IMG/VR virus record: IMGVR_UViG_3300014205_000184
Span: 67,162-130,218 of that record
DNA length: 63,057 nucleotides
Source of the DNA: a virus
Lineage: Duplodnaviria > Heunggongvirae > Uroviricota > Caudoviricetes
Direction: 5' to 3' (one strand)
A program made the position numbers and the translations under genes. This document shows, piece after piece, positions 9,634 through 19,430 of this stretch. The first letter of the stretch is position 1. Every line of letters starts with the position of its first letter. The notes under the pieces were generated by a model that worked only from the letters and a program-made list of their open reading frames with translations, was not told the DNA's origin and made no database searches.

Positions 9634-11697
9634 TTAATTTATATACCATATATTAGAACCAATATCTTGCACCGTCATGCTATTGTACTGTGTTCCTATA
9701 TCAACCATTTGAGAACCATCTATTAATACCCCAGAGCCAGTTATATATACAGAGTTAGAAGATGAATCTATTTTTTTAATACTTAATACTCTCCCTTCAC
9801 CTAAAGATGATGGAAGAACAATATATATAGGATTGCTAACTGCATTGGCGTAAATTTTATTATCAAATTCTGTTACTGTATATAAAGAATCAGTTACTGT
9901 AGTATGTTTTTCATATTGTGCATTATTCTTAATGCTCCCATTTGAATTTATATTCACATACCCTGAACCAGTGATAATAAAACCACTATTATCAAGTGTA
10001 GCTACTGTTACTGGGGTATTATTAGCAATACCACTTAAAAATCTATAATGTGATGGTCTATCTATCCCAGAAATAACAAAATCACAATATCTATGCCAAT
10101 CACCGTTGTAAATATGATACCAATTCATTATCAGTTTATCTGAATTAGTGTATGTTTGTAAATCAGCTAAATCTTTTTTATAGATATACACCGGGTAAAC
10201 ATTATTTGCTGTGATGTTTAAAAAATCAACGGTGGTTCCCCCAGCCCCAAGAGTACCGGTAGTTACGATAGGGTTTGTGAGTAAGTCTAAAGACATCGCT
10301 ATCTTCATTCCAAGTATAGCAGAATTTGAACAAACAATTTTGTAATAACCATCAGATGCTACTGTGGATTGAACATAATGTTTAGCCCCACTTATGGTGC
10401 CCCACTCCCGCACAACACCATTAGTAGCAAACCCATATTGATTAAAATCTATAGTTTCAGAATATATCTCCAATGCACTACCACTATTACCAGTATTCGA
10501 TGTAAGGACTAAAGCATTATTACTATAAAGATACCCTTCGCCATACTGGTCTACGTTTATTCTTATCCTATCGCTATTTCTATAGATATTAAACTCTTTT
10601 CCATCTATTCCGCTAGAGACAATATTATCACTAAATAAACTTACCGTTGTCGCAAGACCTGTGAGGTCTAATTCCCCAATAATACCATTTCCTATAGTAA
10701 TTTTCTCTGTAGCGGAGATATCACCTGTCACATTTAAATTACCAGTCATATTAGACCCAGTAGTGTAGACAAAATCTTCTAAATTTAAAGTTGGCTGAAA
10801 CCCTGTATGACCAGAATTTGCGTAATCTAAATTAGTTAATGATGAGTGTACGCCTTGTGGGTCAGTAGCCTCTATTGTAAGTGTTTTACTAGTATTGTTC
10901 CCTATGAGTTTTATTCCCGCACCACTTCTAATATTTAATACTGTATTTATTGAATTAGCTGTTATATCAGTACCCTCAACGTTAATTGTATTAAATATAT
11001 TTTGGTCTTCAGTTCCATTTATAGTATTTCCAATTATAGCTATTCCGGACCCAGTATTTAAAGTAGCTTGAAAACCAGTATGCCCAGATAACGCATATGT
11101 TAAATTGTTTAATGCAGAGTGGTCTAAATTACTCCCAGGAACACTAGCCCAAGTCTTATCTCCTCTCCAAAATTGTGTTGTTAGCCCAGTACTTATTTTA
11201 GGCTCATACATAGTATTAGTATAATAAGTACTTGAACCAGTTAGAGTTCCTAATGGATTACCTATTTCCCCAGAATTATCTACATCAAATGGTTGTAATT
11301 CAGCTTGTAAATACCAATATTGGTCTTTACCCGTTAAATCCCAACGTTTATCTACATAGTTAAGATACCCCTCAATTACTGTGGCTGAATCATCATGTAG
11401 AACTATTTTAACCCCAACATGATTACCGACATATGCTGTTAATTGATTAAGGAACGCATCCGTAACTGTTTTTCTATGCCATGCTAATGTAATAGGTTCT
11501 CTATTATATACATTTGAAGGTGTTAACATACCTCTAGAACCATCAGCTAATTCAACAACTTGGCTTGTCGAAGAAAAATGCTCTGAGAAAGTTTCAATTG
11601 AACCACGAGGGAAACTCGTATCTGATTCCCATAAAGAAGAACCGGTATTATACGTCGCCACAGTCCATTTTTCAACATAAGGAAATATTTTTGACAT
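9634..11697 (-). CDS. Dit-like N-terminal domain fused to a long fibre extension
   Basis: First ~147 aa align with ORF 11701..12144; internal repeated HxxLxNLxYAxSGHTGFQ motif; C-terminal LSIKKIDSSSNSVYI...IDG fibre-type domain. Confidence 0.68.
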   Translation of the reverse strand: MSKIFPYVEKWTVATYNTGSSLWESDTSFPRGSIETFSEHFSSTSQVVELADGSRGMLTPSNVYNREPITLAWHRKTVTDAFLNQLTAYVGNHVGVKIVLHDDSATVIEGYLNYVDKRWDLTGKDQYWYLQAELQPFDVDNSGEIGNPLGTLTGSSTYYTNTMYEPKISTGLTTQFWRGDKTWASVPGSNLDHSALNNLTYALSGHTGFQATLNTGSGIAIIGNTINGTEDQNIFNTINVEGTDITANSINTVLNIRSGAGIKLIGNNTSKTLTIEATDPQGVHSSLTNLDYANSGHTGFQPTLNLEDFVYTTGSNMTGNLNVTGDISATEKITIGNGIIGELDLTGLATTVSLFSDNIVSSGIDGKEFNIYRNSDRIRINVDQYGEGYLYSNNALVLTSNTGNSGSALEIYSETIDFNQYGFATNGVVREWGTISGAKHYVQSTVASDGYYKIVCSNSAILGMKIAMSLDLLTNPIVTTGTLGAGGTTVDFLNITANNVYPVYIYKKDLADLQTYTNSDKLIMNWYHIYNGDWHRYCDFVISGIDRPSHYRFLSGIANNTPVTVATLDNSGFIITGSGYVNINSNGSIKNNAQYEKHTTVTDSLYTVTEFDNKIYANAVSNPIYIVLPSSLGEGRVLSIKKIDSSSNSVYITGSGVLIDGSQMVDIGTQYNSMTVQDIGSNIWYIN

Positions 11698-11700
11698 TAT

Positions 11701-12144
11701 TTAATCACCTATTGCACCGCTATTATCTACATCAAATGGTAAAAATTCTAATATTAATTCATATTTCTGCGTAGTCCCAGTAAAATTCCATTCTTTATTA
11801 AACGACATAAAATATCCTTCAAGTTTAGTTAAAGACGTATCGTGAAGCGTTATCTTAACGCCTACTTTATTAGTAATATATCCTTGTAATTGAGCCATAA
11901 ATGCATTAGTTACAGTATGCTTACTCCAACTTAATGTAAGTTGCTCGTAATTATACTTCGTAGAAGGAGAGTTTATGCCACGTGAACCATCAGCTAACGT
12001 TACAACCTGAGTTGTTGATGTATAATGTTGTGCAAACGTATTAACTGAACCTCTTGGTATAGATGTATCAGACACCCAAGTAGATGACCCAGTATCATAC
12101 TTCTGTACTAACCATTTCTGTACGTTATAATAATAATTTGACAT
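11701..12144 (-). CDS. Distal tail (Dit)-like protein
   Basis: 147 aa immediately downstream of the tape measure gene, the usual Dit position in siphoviruses. Confidence 0.58.
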   Translation of the reverse strand: MSNYYYNVQKWLVQKYDTGSSTWVSDTSIPRGSVNTFAQHYTSTTQVVTLADGSRGINSPSTKYNYEQLTLSWSKHTVTNAFMAQLQGYITNKVGVKITLHDTSLTKLEGYFMSFNKEWNFTGTTQKYELILEFLPFDVDNSGAIGD

Positions 12145-15100
12145 TAGCTATTATACCCACGTCTTGTCCCTAACGCAAATTCAGATGTTACTTGTGCATT
12201 AACCCCACCTCTACTTCTAGACCTTAGATAATAACTTTCCTGGAGTACGAACCCTTCAAACGAATGTCTTAACGCAACAAGATTTCTATTCACAATTTCA
12301 AGTTCTTTATTAGTAACATTGATTCTTGTTGTTATTTGGTTTGTTTGCTCTCTTACTTCTGTTGTAGTTTTACTTTTCTTCCCCATACTACTTACTAACG
12401 TACCAACTATATATAATACAGCTCCACCTATCATCGCATATGGGTTACCTGACATCATAGCCATAGCCCCAACGCCTTGCATTACTCCTCCGACTATGGC
12501 ACCAGCTTGGCTACCACCAGATTGTTTAGCATTAGCATATGCCGAATACCCTGTCATAACACCAGCCATAACCTGCCCACCAGATAAACTATTGCCTTTT
12601 TTCTGGCTTACATAAGCATTTAATTTTTCTCCTGATAATCCCTGCTTTACACCTTCTGCTCTTATTTCTGAATCTGTTTGTCCTGAGAATAAATTATTTA
12701 AAAAAGCACCGCCACCAGATTGTACAGCCCCAGACGCATCACCTGCACTAGCTGATTTAGCAACGCTTAATGTTGACGTAAGTGCTGACGCTAAATCTGG
12801 CAACTGAACAGTATTATCATCTATACTTTTTAGCGTAGCGTTAGTTTCTCTAAGTTCTTTTATCTCATCTTCAACAGATTTATAATAATCTTGAGTTGAT
12901 GTTGGAGTATATTTTGTACCTATAATTGACGCATTTGTTTCTCTTACAGCATTAAGTTCATCTTCTATGGATTTATAATAATCTTGAGTTGATGTTGGGG
13001 TGTATTTCTCCCCAGAAATAGCTTTATTTTCTTCTTTAATTTTAGTAAGTTCAGCTTCAAGCTTTGAATAATAATCTTGAACAGTATTCCCAGTAACTGA
13101 AGACTCAGCTCCTTCTAAAACTGAAACTGTTACACCCGTTTTAGGGTCTTTTTTAGCTTCTAAAAATCCTTGCACTATACCATCAATATGTGCTTGTCTT
13201 ATAATATCTTTACCTGCATCAATACCAGCTAGATGCGCTTTTGCAAATGGGCTACGCACTGCTTCTGACAAATCTAAGAACATACCTCGCATCATCGTAT
13301 CAACAGCTTGCTTTAAAATATCTTTTCTTATTATATTTGCAAAGTTCGTCAACATATCATTCAGAGTTCCAGTACCAGTGATTAAATCATCTAACCCATC
13401 AGTAAAAGCATCCTGAAATGCATCTTTTAAACCATAAACATAGCTTGTATACTCTTGTATAATTTCTTGCTGACGTTTTAATTTATCTTCATTACTAAGA
13501 TACTCATCGCCAAGCTGTTGTAGTTTTTGTAATTCTTCGACTTTAATAGCTATTATATTACGGCCCATTATCTCTTGCATTTTTGAAGAATGTTCTATTT
13601 GAGATAACGTCTCTTTTCTAACTAATAATTCATCCTTTTCTAATTTATTCCCTTCGGACCTTCTCTTAATTTCATCATCCATTAATTTTATTCTACGAGC
13701 TGTTTCTGCGGCACCTTTTGTGTTTCCTTCAGACATAAGTTTGTTAAAATATTCATATGCTTTAGCTCTTTTTTCTATTAATTTATCATCTGATATTTTA
13801 TCAGAATTCTGTATCATCTCCTTAAAGAGCATTAATGAAGATTTACGAGCTTTATCCATCTCAGCTCTAAACTTATACGTATCTTCAGCGGCTTTTAATA
13901 AATATTCACTCCATTTAACAAGTGCCCCACCAGCTAATATTAAAGCAAGTGCTATTGGATTTTTCCCAATCCAAAGCAATACCGCTTTTAATCCATTTAA
14001 CGCATTGGTAACATTTTTAGATGTTACACCTAATATTTTAATTACTGTATTAGCTTTTTCAGCTTCTAAACTTGCTGTAATTAAAGCTATTCCTAAAGCC
14101 CCAACTGCGGCAGTTAAAGATATCAGCATAATTTTTGACGCAAAAGAATCCTTAGTAACAGCAGTTACACCATCTGCAAAGTTAGTTAAAAGTTTTATAA
14201 TTTTACTTAACCCACTTATAAGTCCTGCTTGAGCTATCGCATTACCTAATTCCTGAAATGCTGTTTTTAGTGTAATTATCTGCTTATCAAACGACCCCAT
14301 TATCTCAGAGTTTTTCTTAACCGTATACCCTAAAGCTCCAAGTTGCTCATCTAGCGTCCTTATGTAAATATCTATTCCTTGAAACATAGCTCTTCCCATC
14401 TCTGTACGCCTCTGTCCAGCAAGAGCTTCCATTAAATCGCCTTGACCAGTCTCTGATAAACTATTATAAACTTTAGATATATCCATCATCACATCACTAA
14501 AGTCTCTCATTTTACCAGTATTTTGCATCGTAGCATTACCTATGGCATCTATATAAACCGGAACTTTAGCTATATTCTGTATATCTTCTCTAGTTATAGC
14601 TCTTTGATATCTTGTAAAAATTGTCTTAAACGCATCACCAATTTCACCACCTGTTCTTCTTGTAATAGTTCCAACAGAAGTAACCATAGCCGCTAATTCT
14701 TCAAATGTTATACCTACACTTTTTGCGGTTAAACCAACACGTAAAAATGCGTCTTCTAAGTCTTTGACCTCAACCGCCTCAGCATCAGCTACTTTAGCAA
14801 GTTTATCCTGTGCATACGCTACCTCTTCAGCAGACATACCCCAAGCATTCATCATACCAGTTAAATTACTAATAACGATACTCATTTCTTGACCGGTAAG
14901 ATTAACACCCATTGCGGCTGTTTCTGTAAGCTTCAATGATTCGCTAACACTCTTACCTTGTTGCGCCCAAGTCTTAGACGCTTGTGCGACTTCTACGACA
15001 CTTGTACCAGTAGCTCTAGCAACATTAAACGCTCCATCTGCAAACTGCCGCATTGAATATGTACTTTCACCAGAAGCTTGACGTATTCTAATTAATGCCA

Positions 15101-15560
15101 TTTCTAAATCAGAAAAATCTTTTATAGTTCCAACTATGGACTGTTTAACAAGATTAATGGTACCGTAAGCTATTTGCCATCCGGCGGCCCACAATGCAAC
15201 TTCACCTAAACTATTTTTTCTTTTATTACTAGCTTTAGATTCGGCATCGCTCGCTAAACGTATTGCTTGTTGATATTTATCAATAATACTAGTTGACTTT
15301 TTAGTAGCGGTTGATACTATCCCCATTTCAGATGAAACTTCACGGGATATTCTTTTATAATCACTAATCGCATAATCAAGCGATGCTTTTGGTCCTGAAC
15401 TGTATAATCCCCACTTTCTATCATCACTACCTTTAAGAAAATTAATCTTATACCCAAGCTCTTTCATTCTAGCTACAGTTTTTTCTCTAAAAGATTTAAA
15501 ACTAGCTTCGTCATTCTGCCAAACAACAGAATTAATTAATTCAAATTTTTCTCTTGCCAT
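12144..15560 (-). CDS. Tape measure protein (TP901-family-like core)
   Basis: 1138 aa, helical and Ala/Gly-rich; EVAQASKTWAQQG...LAKVADAEAVEVKDLEDAF...GGEIGDAFKTIFTR core; hydrophobic segments; follows the tail chaperone. Confidence 0.92.
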   Translation of the reverse strand: MAREKFELINSVVWQNDEASFKSFREKTVARMKELGYKINFLKGSDDRKWGLYSSGPKASLDYAISDYKRISREVSSEMGIVSTATKKSTSIIDKYQQAIRLASDAESKASNKRKNSLGEVALWAAGWQIAYGTINLVKQSIVGTIKDFSDLEMALIRIRQASGESTYSMRQFADGAFNVARATGTSVVEVAQASKTWAQQGKSVSESLKLTETAAMGVNLTGQEMSIVISNLTGMMNAWGMSAEEVAYAQDKLAKVADAEAVEVKDLEDAFLRVGLTAKSVGITFEELAAMVTSVGTITRRTGGEIGDAFKTIFTRYQRAITREDIQNIAKVPVYIDAIGNATMQNTGKMRDFSDVMMDISKVYNSLSETGQGDLMEALAGQRRTEMGRAMFQGIDIYIRTLDEQLGALGYTVKKNSEIMGSFDKQIITLKTAFQELGNAIAQAGLISGLSKIIKLLTNFADGVTAVTKDSFASKIMLISLTAAVGALGIALITASLEAEKANTVIKILGVTSKNVTNALNGLKAVLLWIGKNPIALALILAGGALVKWSEYLLKAAEDTYKFRAEMDKARKSSLMLFKEMIQNSDKISDDKLIEKRAKAYEYFNKLMSEGNTKGAAETARRIKLMDDEIKRRSEGNKLEKDELLVRKETLSQIEHSSKMQEIMGRNIIAIKVEELQKLQQLGDEYLSNEDKLKRQQEIIQEYTSYVYGLKDAFQDAFTDGLDDLITGTGTLNDMLTNFANIIRKDILKQAVDTMMRGMFLDLSEAVRSPFAKAHLAGIDAGKDIIRQAHIDGIVQGFLEAKKDPKTGVTVSVLEGAESSVTGNTVQDYYSKLEAELTKIKEENKAISGEKYTPTSTQDYYKSIEDELNAVRETNASIIGTKYTPTSTQDYYKSVEDEIKELRETNATLKSIDDNTVQLPDLASALTSTLSVAKSASAGDASGAVQSGGGAFLNNLFSGQTDSEIRAEGVKQGLSGEKLNAYVSQKKGNSLSGGQVMAGVMTGYSAYANAKQSGGSQAGAIVGGVMQGVGAMAMMSGNPYAMIGGAVLYIVGTLVSSMGKKSKTTTEVREQTNQITTRINVTNKELEIVNRNLVALRHSFEGFVLQESYYLRSRSRGGVNAQVTSEFALGTRRGYNS
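12840..13085 (-). repeat. ~93-nt (31-aa) tandem repeat, about 3 copies, inside the tape measure gene
   Basis: QDYYSKLEAEL...KYTPTST / QDYYKSIEDEL...KYTPTST / QDYYKSVEDEI. Confidence 0.85.
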
Positions 15561-15562
15561 TT

Positions 15563-15940
15563 TTATTCACCTAGTCCGAGTAATTCACAGTAATGTTTAT
15601 AAAATTCTTCATAAGAATTAAATTCATATTTCATCCAATCTGGACCTACCTTATCCCCCATAGCTCTTATCTCCCCACGCATATTCTCTAAATTGCTCAT
15701 CTCCTCTTCAACTATCTTCCCCCAATTATACCATTCATTAAATAGTATAGGTGTCATTTTAACATATTCAGGTGGATATGAAACTTTACGTAAGCTAGAA
15801 ATTATATCTTCTATATTATCTAGATATATTCTGAACTCAACTAAACTATAGAAATCAGCTGGGAATTCTACAACCTCTAAATCACTATACGCAGGAAATT
15901 TATTTAACTTCCTTGAGATTGCCCAGCTGGAGTAAAATTT
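15563..15940 (-). CDS. -1 frame extension of the tail assembly chaperone (gpGT-like); the listed 64-aa ORF is its C-terminal part
   Basis: Frame is stop-free from 15940 to 15563 (KFYSSWAISRKLNKF...VKMTPILFNEW), checked codon by codon. Confidence 0.8.
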   Translation of the reverse strand, partial: KFYSSWAISRKLNKFPAYSDLEVVEFPADFYSLVEFRIYLDNIEDIISSLRKVSYPPEYVKMTPILFNEWYNWGKIVEEEMSNLENMRGEIRAMGDKVGPDWMKYEFNSYEEFYKHYCELLGLGE

Positions 15941-16602
15941 GGGGACTGTGCCTCAACTCTTACAATTTGCTCATTAATATTATAACGAAAATCATTAACT
16001 ATCTCTAAACATTTTTCTATAATACTTTTATCTTTAACGAGTTGTACTTCATCTGCTGATTTGAATATCTTTTCTCTTGTTTCTGGGTCAACTGCCATAC
16101 TTGCGATACAATAATTATTCAACATAATGGACGCCCTAATTGATGCAAGACTTTCAACTTGTAAGTCAATTAAACGTTTCTTCAAATCTTCAACTGGAAT
16201 CTTTTTAAGCTCTTCTAAACGTTCATTTTTCCATTTTGCAAAAATATCATCACGCTCTTTAGTTTTTTGTTCTTGAGTTTTTTCAGTTTCATCTTCAACA
16301 GGGTATAAATCATAATATTGTTTTCTATATACACTCTCTATTTCAACAACGTTAGAGGCAATCTCAATATCGGATAATACTTCAAGCATTTTCTTTATAT
16401 CTGAAATCTCATAATTATTATCTTGTATTAATTTTCTCTGCTCTCGCAATGTTTTATTATATATCTCAAGAGAATTTGTTATTTCACCCTGCGTCATTTT
16501 TACAAACAACACATCTACCGTATTACCAGATTTATCGGTAAAAGATACTTTTTTCTCTCTTTCATATAGCGAGAATATACTAACTTTCTTTTTTTCTTCC
16601 AT
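15904..16602 (-). CDS. Tail assembly chaperone (gpG-like)
   Basis: Lies between the tail tube and tape measure genes; charged helical protein; slippery site at its 3' end. Confidence 0.8.
   Translation of the reverse strand: MEEKKKVSIFSLYEREKKVSFTDKSGNTVDVLFVKMTQGEITNSLEIYNKTLREQRKLIQDNNYEISDIKKMLEVLSDIEIASNVVEIESVYRKQYYDLYPVEDETEKTQEQKTKERDDIFAKWKNERLEELKKIPVEDLKKRLIDLQVESLASIRASIMLNNYCIASMAVDPETREKIFKSADEVQLVKDKSIIEKCLEIVNDFRYNINEQIVRVEAQSPNFTPAGQSQGS
15934..15940 (-). promoter_or_regulatory. Programmed -1 frameshift slippery heptamer A-AAU-UUU
   Basis: In-frame XXXYYYZ heptamer (CCA AAT TTT) near the end of the chaperone ORF, opening into the stop-free -1 frame. Confidence 0.8.
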
Positions 16603-16622
16603 TTTTTTATCTCCTTAATACA

Positions 16623-16650
16623 CCGACGAGAGGATTATTCCTCTCGTCGG
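16623..16650 (-). terminator. Perfect 12-bp hairpin after the tail tube gene (terminator or stability element)
   Basis: CCGACGAGAGGA-ttat-TCCTCTCGTCGG; no strong U-tract follows. Confidence 0.55.
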
Positions 16651-16662
16651 TTGCAATCATTC

Positions 16663-17472
16663 TTATGATACTAGTTTATACATCCCAACGTTAGCAACTG
16701 TTGGAGACACACCCAATGTTTTATTGTAAATATAATTTACATAAACATGAGTAGCCCAAGATAACGTTGATAAATCACCCAACTCTACAGTAACTGTCTT
16801 ACCAGAAGTAACCATAGCTGCATCTATAACTAAGTCATCCTGACCAATCTCAGTAATAGTTGTTCCACTTCTAGTTTCTTGAATCGCAACAACACGTATC
16901 GCATACAACGCTGGAGTCTCACCAGGGTTAACCTGTAAAGGAGTATACGAAAGTGATGTCGTCCAAGTTGTTCCAGACGCACCAGTCGTAAGTTTTTTCT
17001 TCTCCCCTAATATAGGTTGATTGTACTCTTTTGGAACGTCGCAGTTTCCAGCAAAAGTACGTGTACCCTTAGCATTCGTATCACCAGTTGTCATCCCAGG
17101 AACTGGAATCCATTTACCATAAAACACACCTCTTGTATACTGAGTATTATCAGCATTGAATCTATTCGCCCATACAGAAGTGTTATATATGTTATTCCAA
17201 TTATACACTTTAGTCCCCGTATCGTCAGGGTCTATCTGCTGTAACGAGTCCAGAAGGACGTTATTAGATTTCTTATCATAGACAGTCAACGAAAGAGTCC
17301 CAGTATTAACTGTTACATCTTTTATAGCGTCATCTTGACCGTATACATGCGCAACTTCAGACGAAGCATCTACTGCTCCGGTAAGTTCTGTAGCGCAATC
17401 AACAGCGTACCCTTCAACAAACACATTTTCCTTTTTACGCTTCACTAAATCAGAAGCTAATACATTAGCCAT
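16663..17472 (-). CDS. Major tail (tube) protein
   Basis: 269 aa, Thr/Val-rich beta protein upstream of chaperone and tape measure; possible C-terminal accessory domain. Confidence 0.78.
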   Translation of the reverse strand: MANVLASDLVKRKKENVFVEGYAVDCATELTGAVDASSEVAHVYGQDDAIKDVTVNTGTLSLTVYDKKSNNVLLDSLQQIDPDDTGTKVYNWNNIYNTSVWANRFNADNTQYTRGVFYGKWIPVPGMTTGDTNAKGTRTFAGNCDVPKEYNQPILGEKKKLTTGASGTTWTTSLSYTPLQVNPGETPALYAIRVVAIQETRSGTTITEIGQDDLVIDAAMVTSGKTVTVELGDLSTLSWATHVYVNYIYNKTLGVSPTVANVGMYKLVS

Positions 17473-17525
17473 TTGTGCTCACCTCACTATTTGTTTTTAT
17501 TATATTTTAAATTTTAACAACCTAT

Positions 17526-18038
17526 CTATCCAATGCTTTTCGCATATTCGCACTCTATATCTACGACAAATCTATATTTGTCAGCACTCAATGTTCCTGT
17601 TGGTTCTATAAATCTTGATTCAACAGACTCAATACTCATATCTCCATCAACAGTATTGAAATCTGGGTAATTATATAAATTTATATAATCAGTATCTTCT
17701 AATATTTCACGCACATCATTACACAATTCATCACGTAATGCTTGATTATCCCCATCTGTTTGTTTCCCACCACAAAAACCATAAACTGAAAATGACAACG
17801 GAATTAATTTTGTACCCGAATTAACAGTTACTCCTTGAGCCCCAACCGGGTTCATCATCACTGCAACTGTTGGTAATGGTAGTTTTTCTAACGAATCTGG
17901 GTAATTCTGGAGAACGTCAAGACCATCAAAAGCTGTTAATAGCGTATGGTTAACTCCACTTTTATTATACGTTGTATTGCGTAAAAAATAATATAAAGAT
18001 TGTAACGTTTTAGATATATACCCGCTTCCTGTAATCAT
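17526..18038 (-). CDS. Tail terminator-like protein
   Basis: Directly upstream of the tail tube gene; YPDSLEKLPLPTVAV...FSVYGF...RDELCNDVREIL...YRFVVDI pattern. Confidence 0.62.
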   Translation of the reverse strand: MITGSGYISKTLQSLYYFLRNTTYNKSGVNHTLLTAFDGLDVLQNYPDSLEKLPLPTVAVMMNPVGAQGVTVNSGTKLIPLSFSVYGFCGGKQTDGDNQALRDELCNDVREILEDTDYINLYNYPDFNTVDGDMSIESVESRFIEPTGTLSADKYRFVVDIECEYAKSIG

Positions 18039-18739
18039 TATTTTAACCTATTTTTTAAACTTTCAATAACAGCATTATTAATCGCTTTCCGACCTTTTAA
18101 CATACCTTTTAAAAACATTCTAAATGGTTTTATACTCTTAGTCATTTCTTTTGATACAGTTGTTTTGTTTGGTCCTGGGTGTAACACAGCTCCTCGATTC
18201 TTGTCTCTTGGAGTAACATTTAACATTCCTCCATACTCCCATATATACAATAAATCTCCCCAACCGCTCCACGCCCCGCTGTCTCTCGTATCTCTTCTTA
18301 CGAGAGAATTTTTACCAGTTTTCTTTAACCACCCAAAACCAATACTATTATTAATCCCTGAAATAATATCTTCAGGAGCTTCAAATTTTATATCGAACTT
18401 ATAATCATCCCCATAATCCTCCATTGAGAATCTAAGATTATTTCTAATCGCATCTCTTACGTATAAATGGTCTGGATTTTTTATAAATCTCCCCCCATCA
18501 GAAGAACCCATAGTTTTACCAGTTTTTTTATCAATTCCAATAGTTAACAATTCAGTTTCTTCTTGATAAGTTGGAGAGTAATTTGCTATTAGCTCTGGTA
18601 AAATAGTATTCACCTGATATCTCATTGAATCTTTAATTATTTCACGAGAGCGTTTAGCGTAATTCTTAAGCCTCTTATCAGCTATTTGCCTTGATAATCT
18701 TTTAAATTTATTTGAATCAAATTTTAAAGATAACTTCAT
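18038..18739 (-). CDS. Neck/tail-completion protein (HK97 gp10-like position)
   Basis: Gene order; basic C-terminus PFRMFLKGMLKG. Confidence 0.48.
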   Translation of the reverse strand: MKLSLKFDSNKFKRLSRQIADKRLKNYAKRSREIIKDSMRYQVNTILPELIANYSPTYQEETELLTIGIDKKTGKTMGSSDGGRFIKNPDHLYVRDAIRNNLRFSMEDYGDDYKFDIKFEAPEDIISGINNSIGFGWLKKTGKNSLVRRDTRDSGAWSGWGDLLYIWEYGGMLNVTPRDKNRGAVLHPGPNKTTVSKEMTKSIKPFRMFLKGMLKGRKAINNAVIESLKNRLK

Positions 18740-19059
18740 TATTTTTTAAAAAATTCTTCCGCTGTTTTTCTGACATTATTATTTTCTTTTCTAATTATCG
18801 TATCCTCAAAAGACGCTATATCACCGCCAGCTCGGAACGCCGCTATTAACATACCAACAGATAGACAGGCTGAAGATAAATCGTTATGAATTCTTCCTTT
18901 AATGTTACCCACAATTTCTTTCTCTCTAGATGTACTCGTAGGTATCATATCAATAAAATCTAGCAACGACCTTTTTGTTGACCCAATAATAGCCTTTACA
19001 CCCTCAGCCCAAATATCCTTTTGCTTATCCATGTTATATATCCTCCTATTTTCACTCAT
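18739..19059 (-). CDS. Hypothetical protein in the neck module
   Basis: 106-aa ORF with overlapping start/stop coupling. Confidence 0.5.
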   Translation of the reverse strand: MSENRRIYNMDKQKDIWAEGVKAIIGSTKRSLLDFIDMIPTSTSREKEIVGNIKGRIHNDLSSACLSVGMLIAAFRAGGDIASFEDTIIRKENNNVRKTAEEFFKK

Positions 19060-19429
19060 TTAGTCTTTCGCAATAGATAACAATTTCATTTGTATCTGTT
19101 GCTTGCGCCAAACTTTTCATGCGGAGTGGCACGCCCTCACACACTAGATAACTGTTATTTGTATCTAATGTATTTTTTTCATCATAACTACATACGATAG
19201 TTACGTCACTTGTTTTATAAAAACCACCCTGGCTATCTTTACGATAAATAGTATTAGCCCAAGCTACTGCCCCAGAAAAAAGTCTTGAACCACTTGTAAT
19301 AGTAACAGCCCTTCTATAAAAATCAGTTGAGCTATTACCAGATTTACTTATTGTCCATAAAGTACACGGTAAAGTCTTGAAGTCTGACCTAATATTTTTT
19401 AATTTTATTTTTTGAGATTCTGTTAACAT
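19052..19429 (-). CDS. Head closure (stopper)-like protein
   Basis: 125-aa beta-rich protein after the adaptor; ends in IVIYCER. Confidence 0.58.
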   Translation of the reverse strand: MLTESQKIKLKNIRSDFKTLPCTLWTISKSGNSSTDFYRRAVTITSGSRLFSGAVAWANTIYRKDSQGGFYKTSDVTIVCSYDEKNTLDTNNSYLVCEGVPLRMKSLAQATDTNEIVIYCERLNE

Positions 19430-19430
19430 A

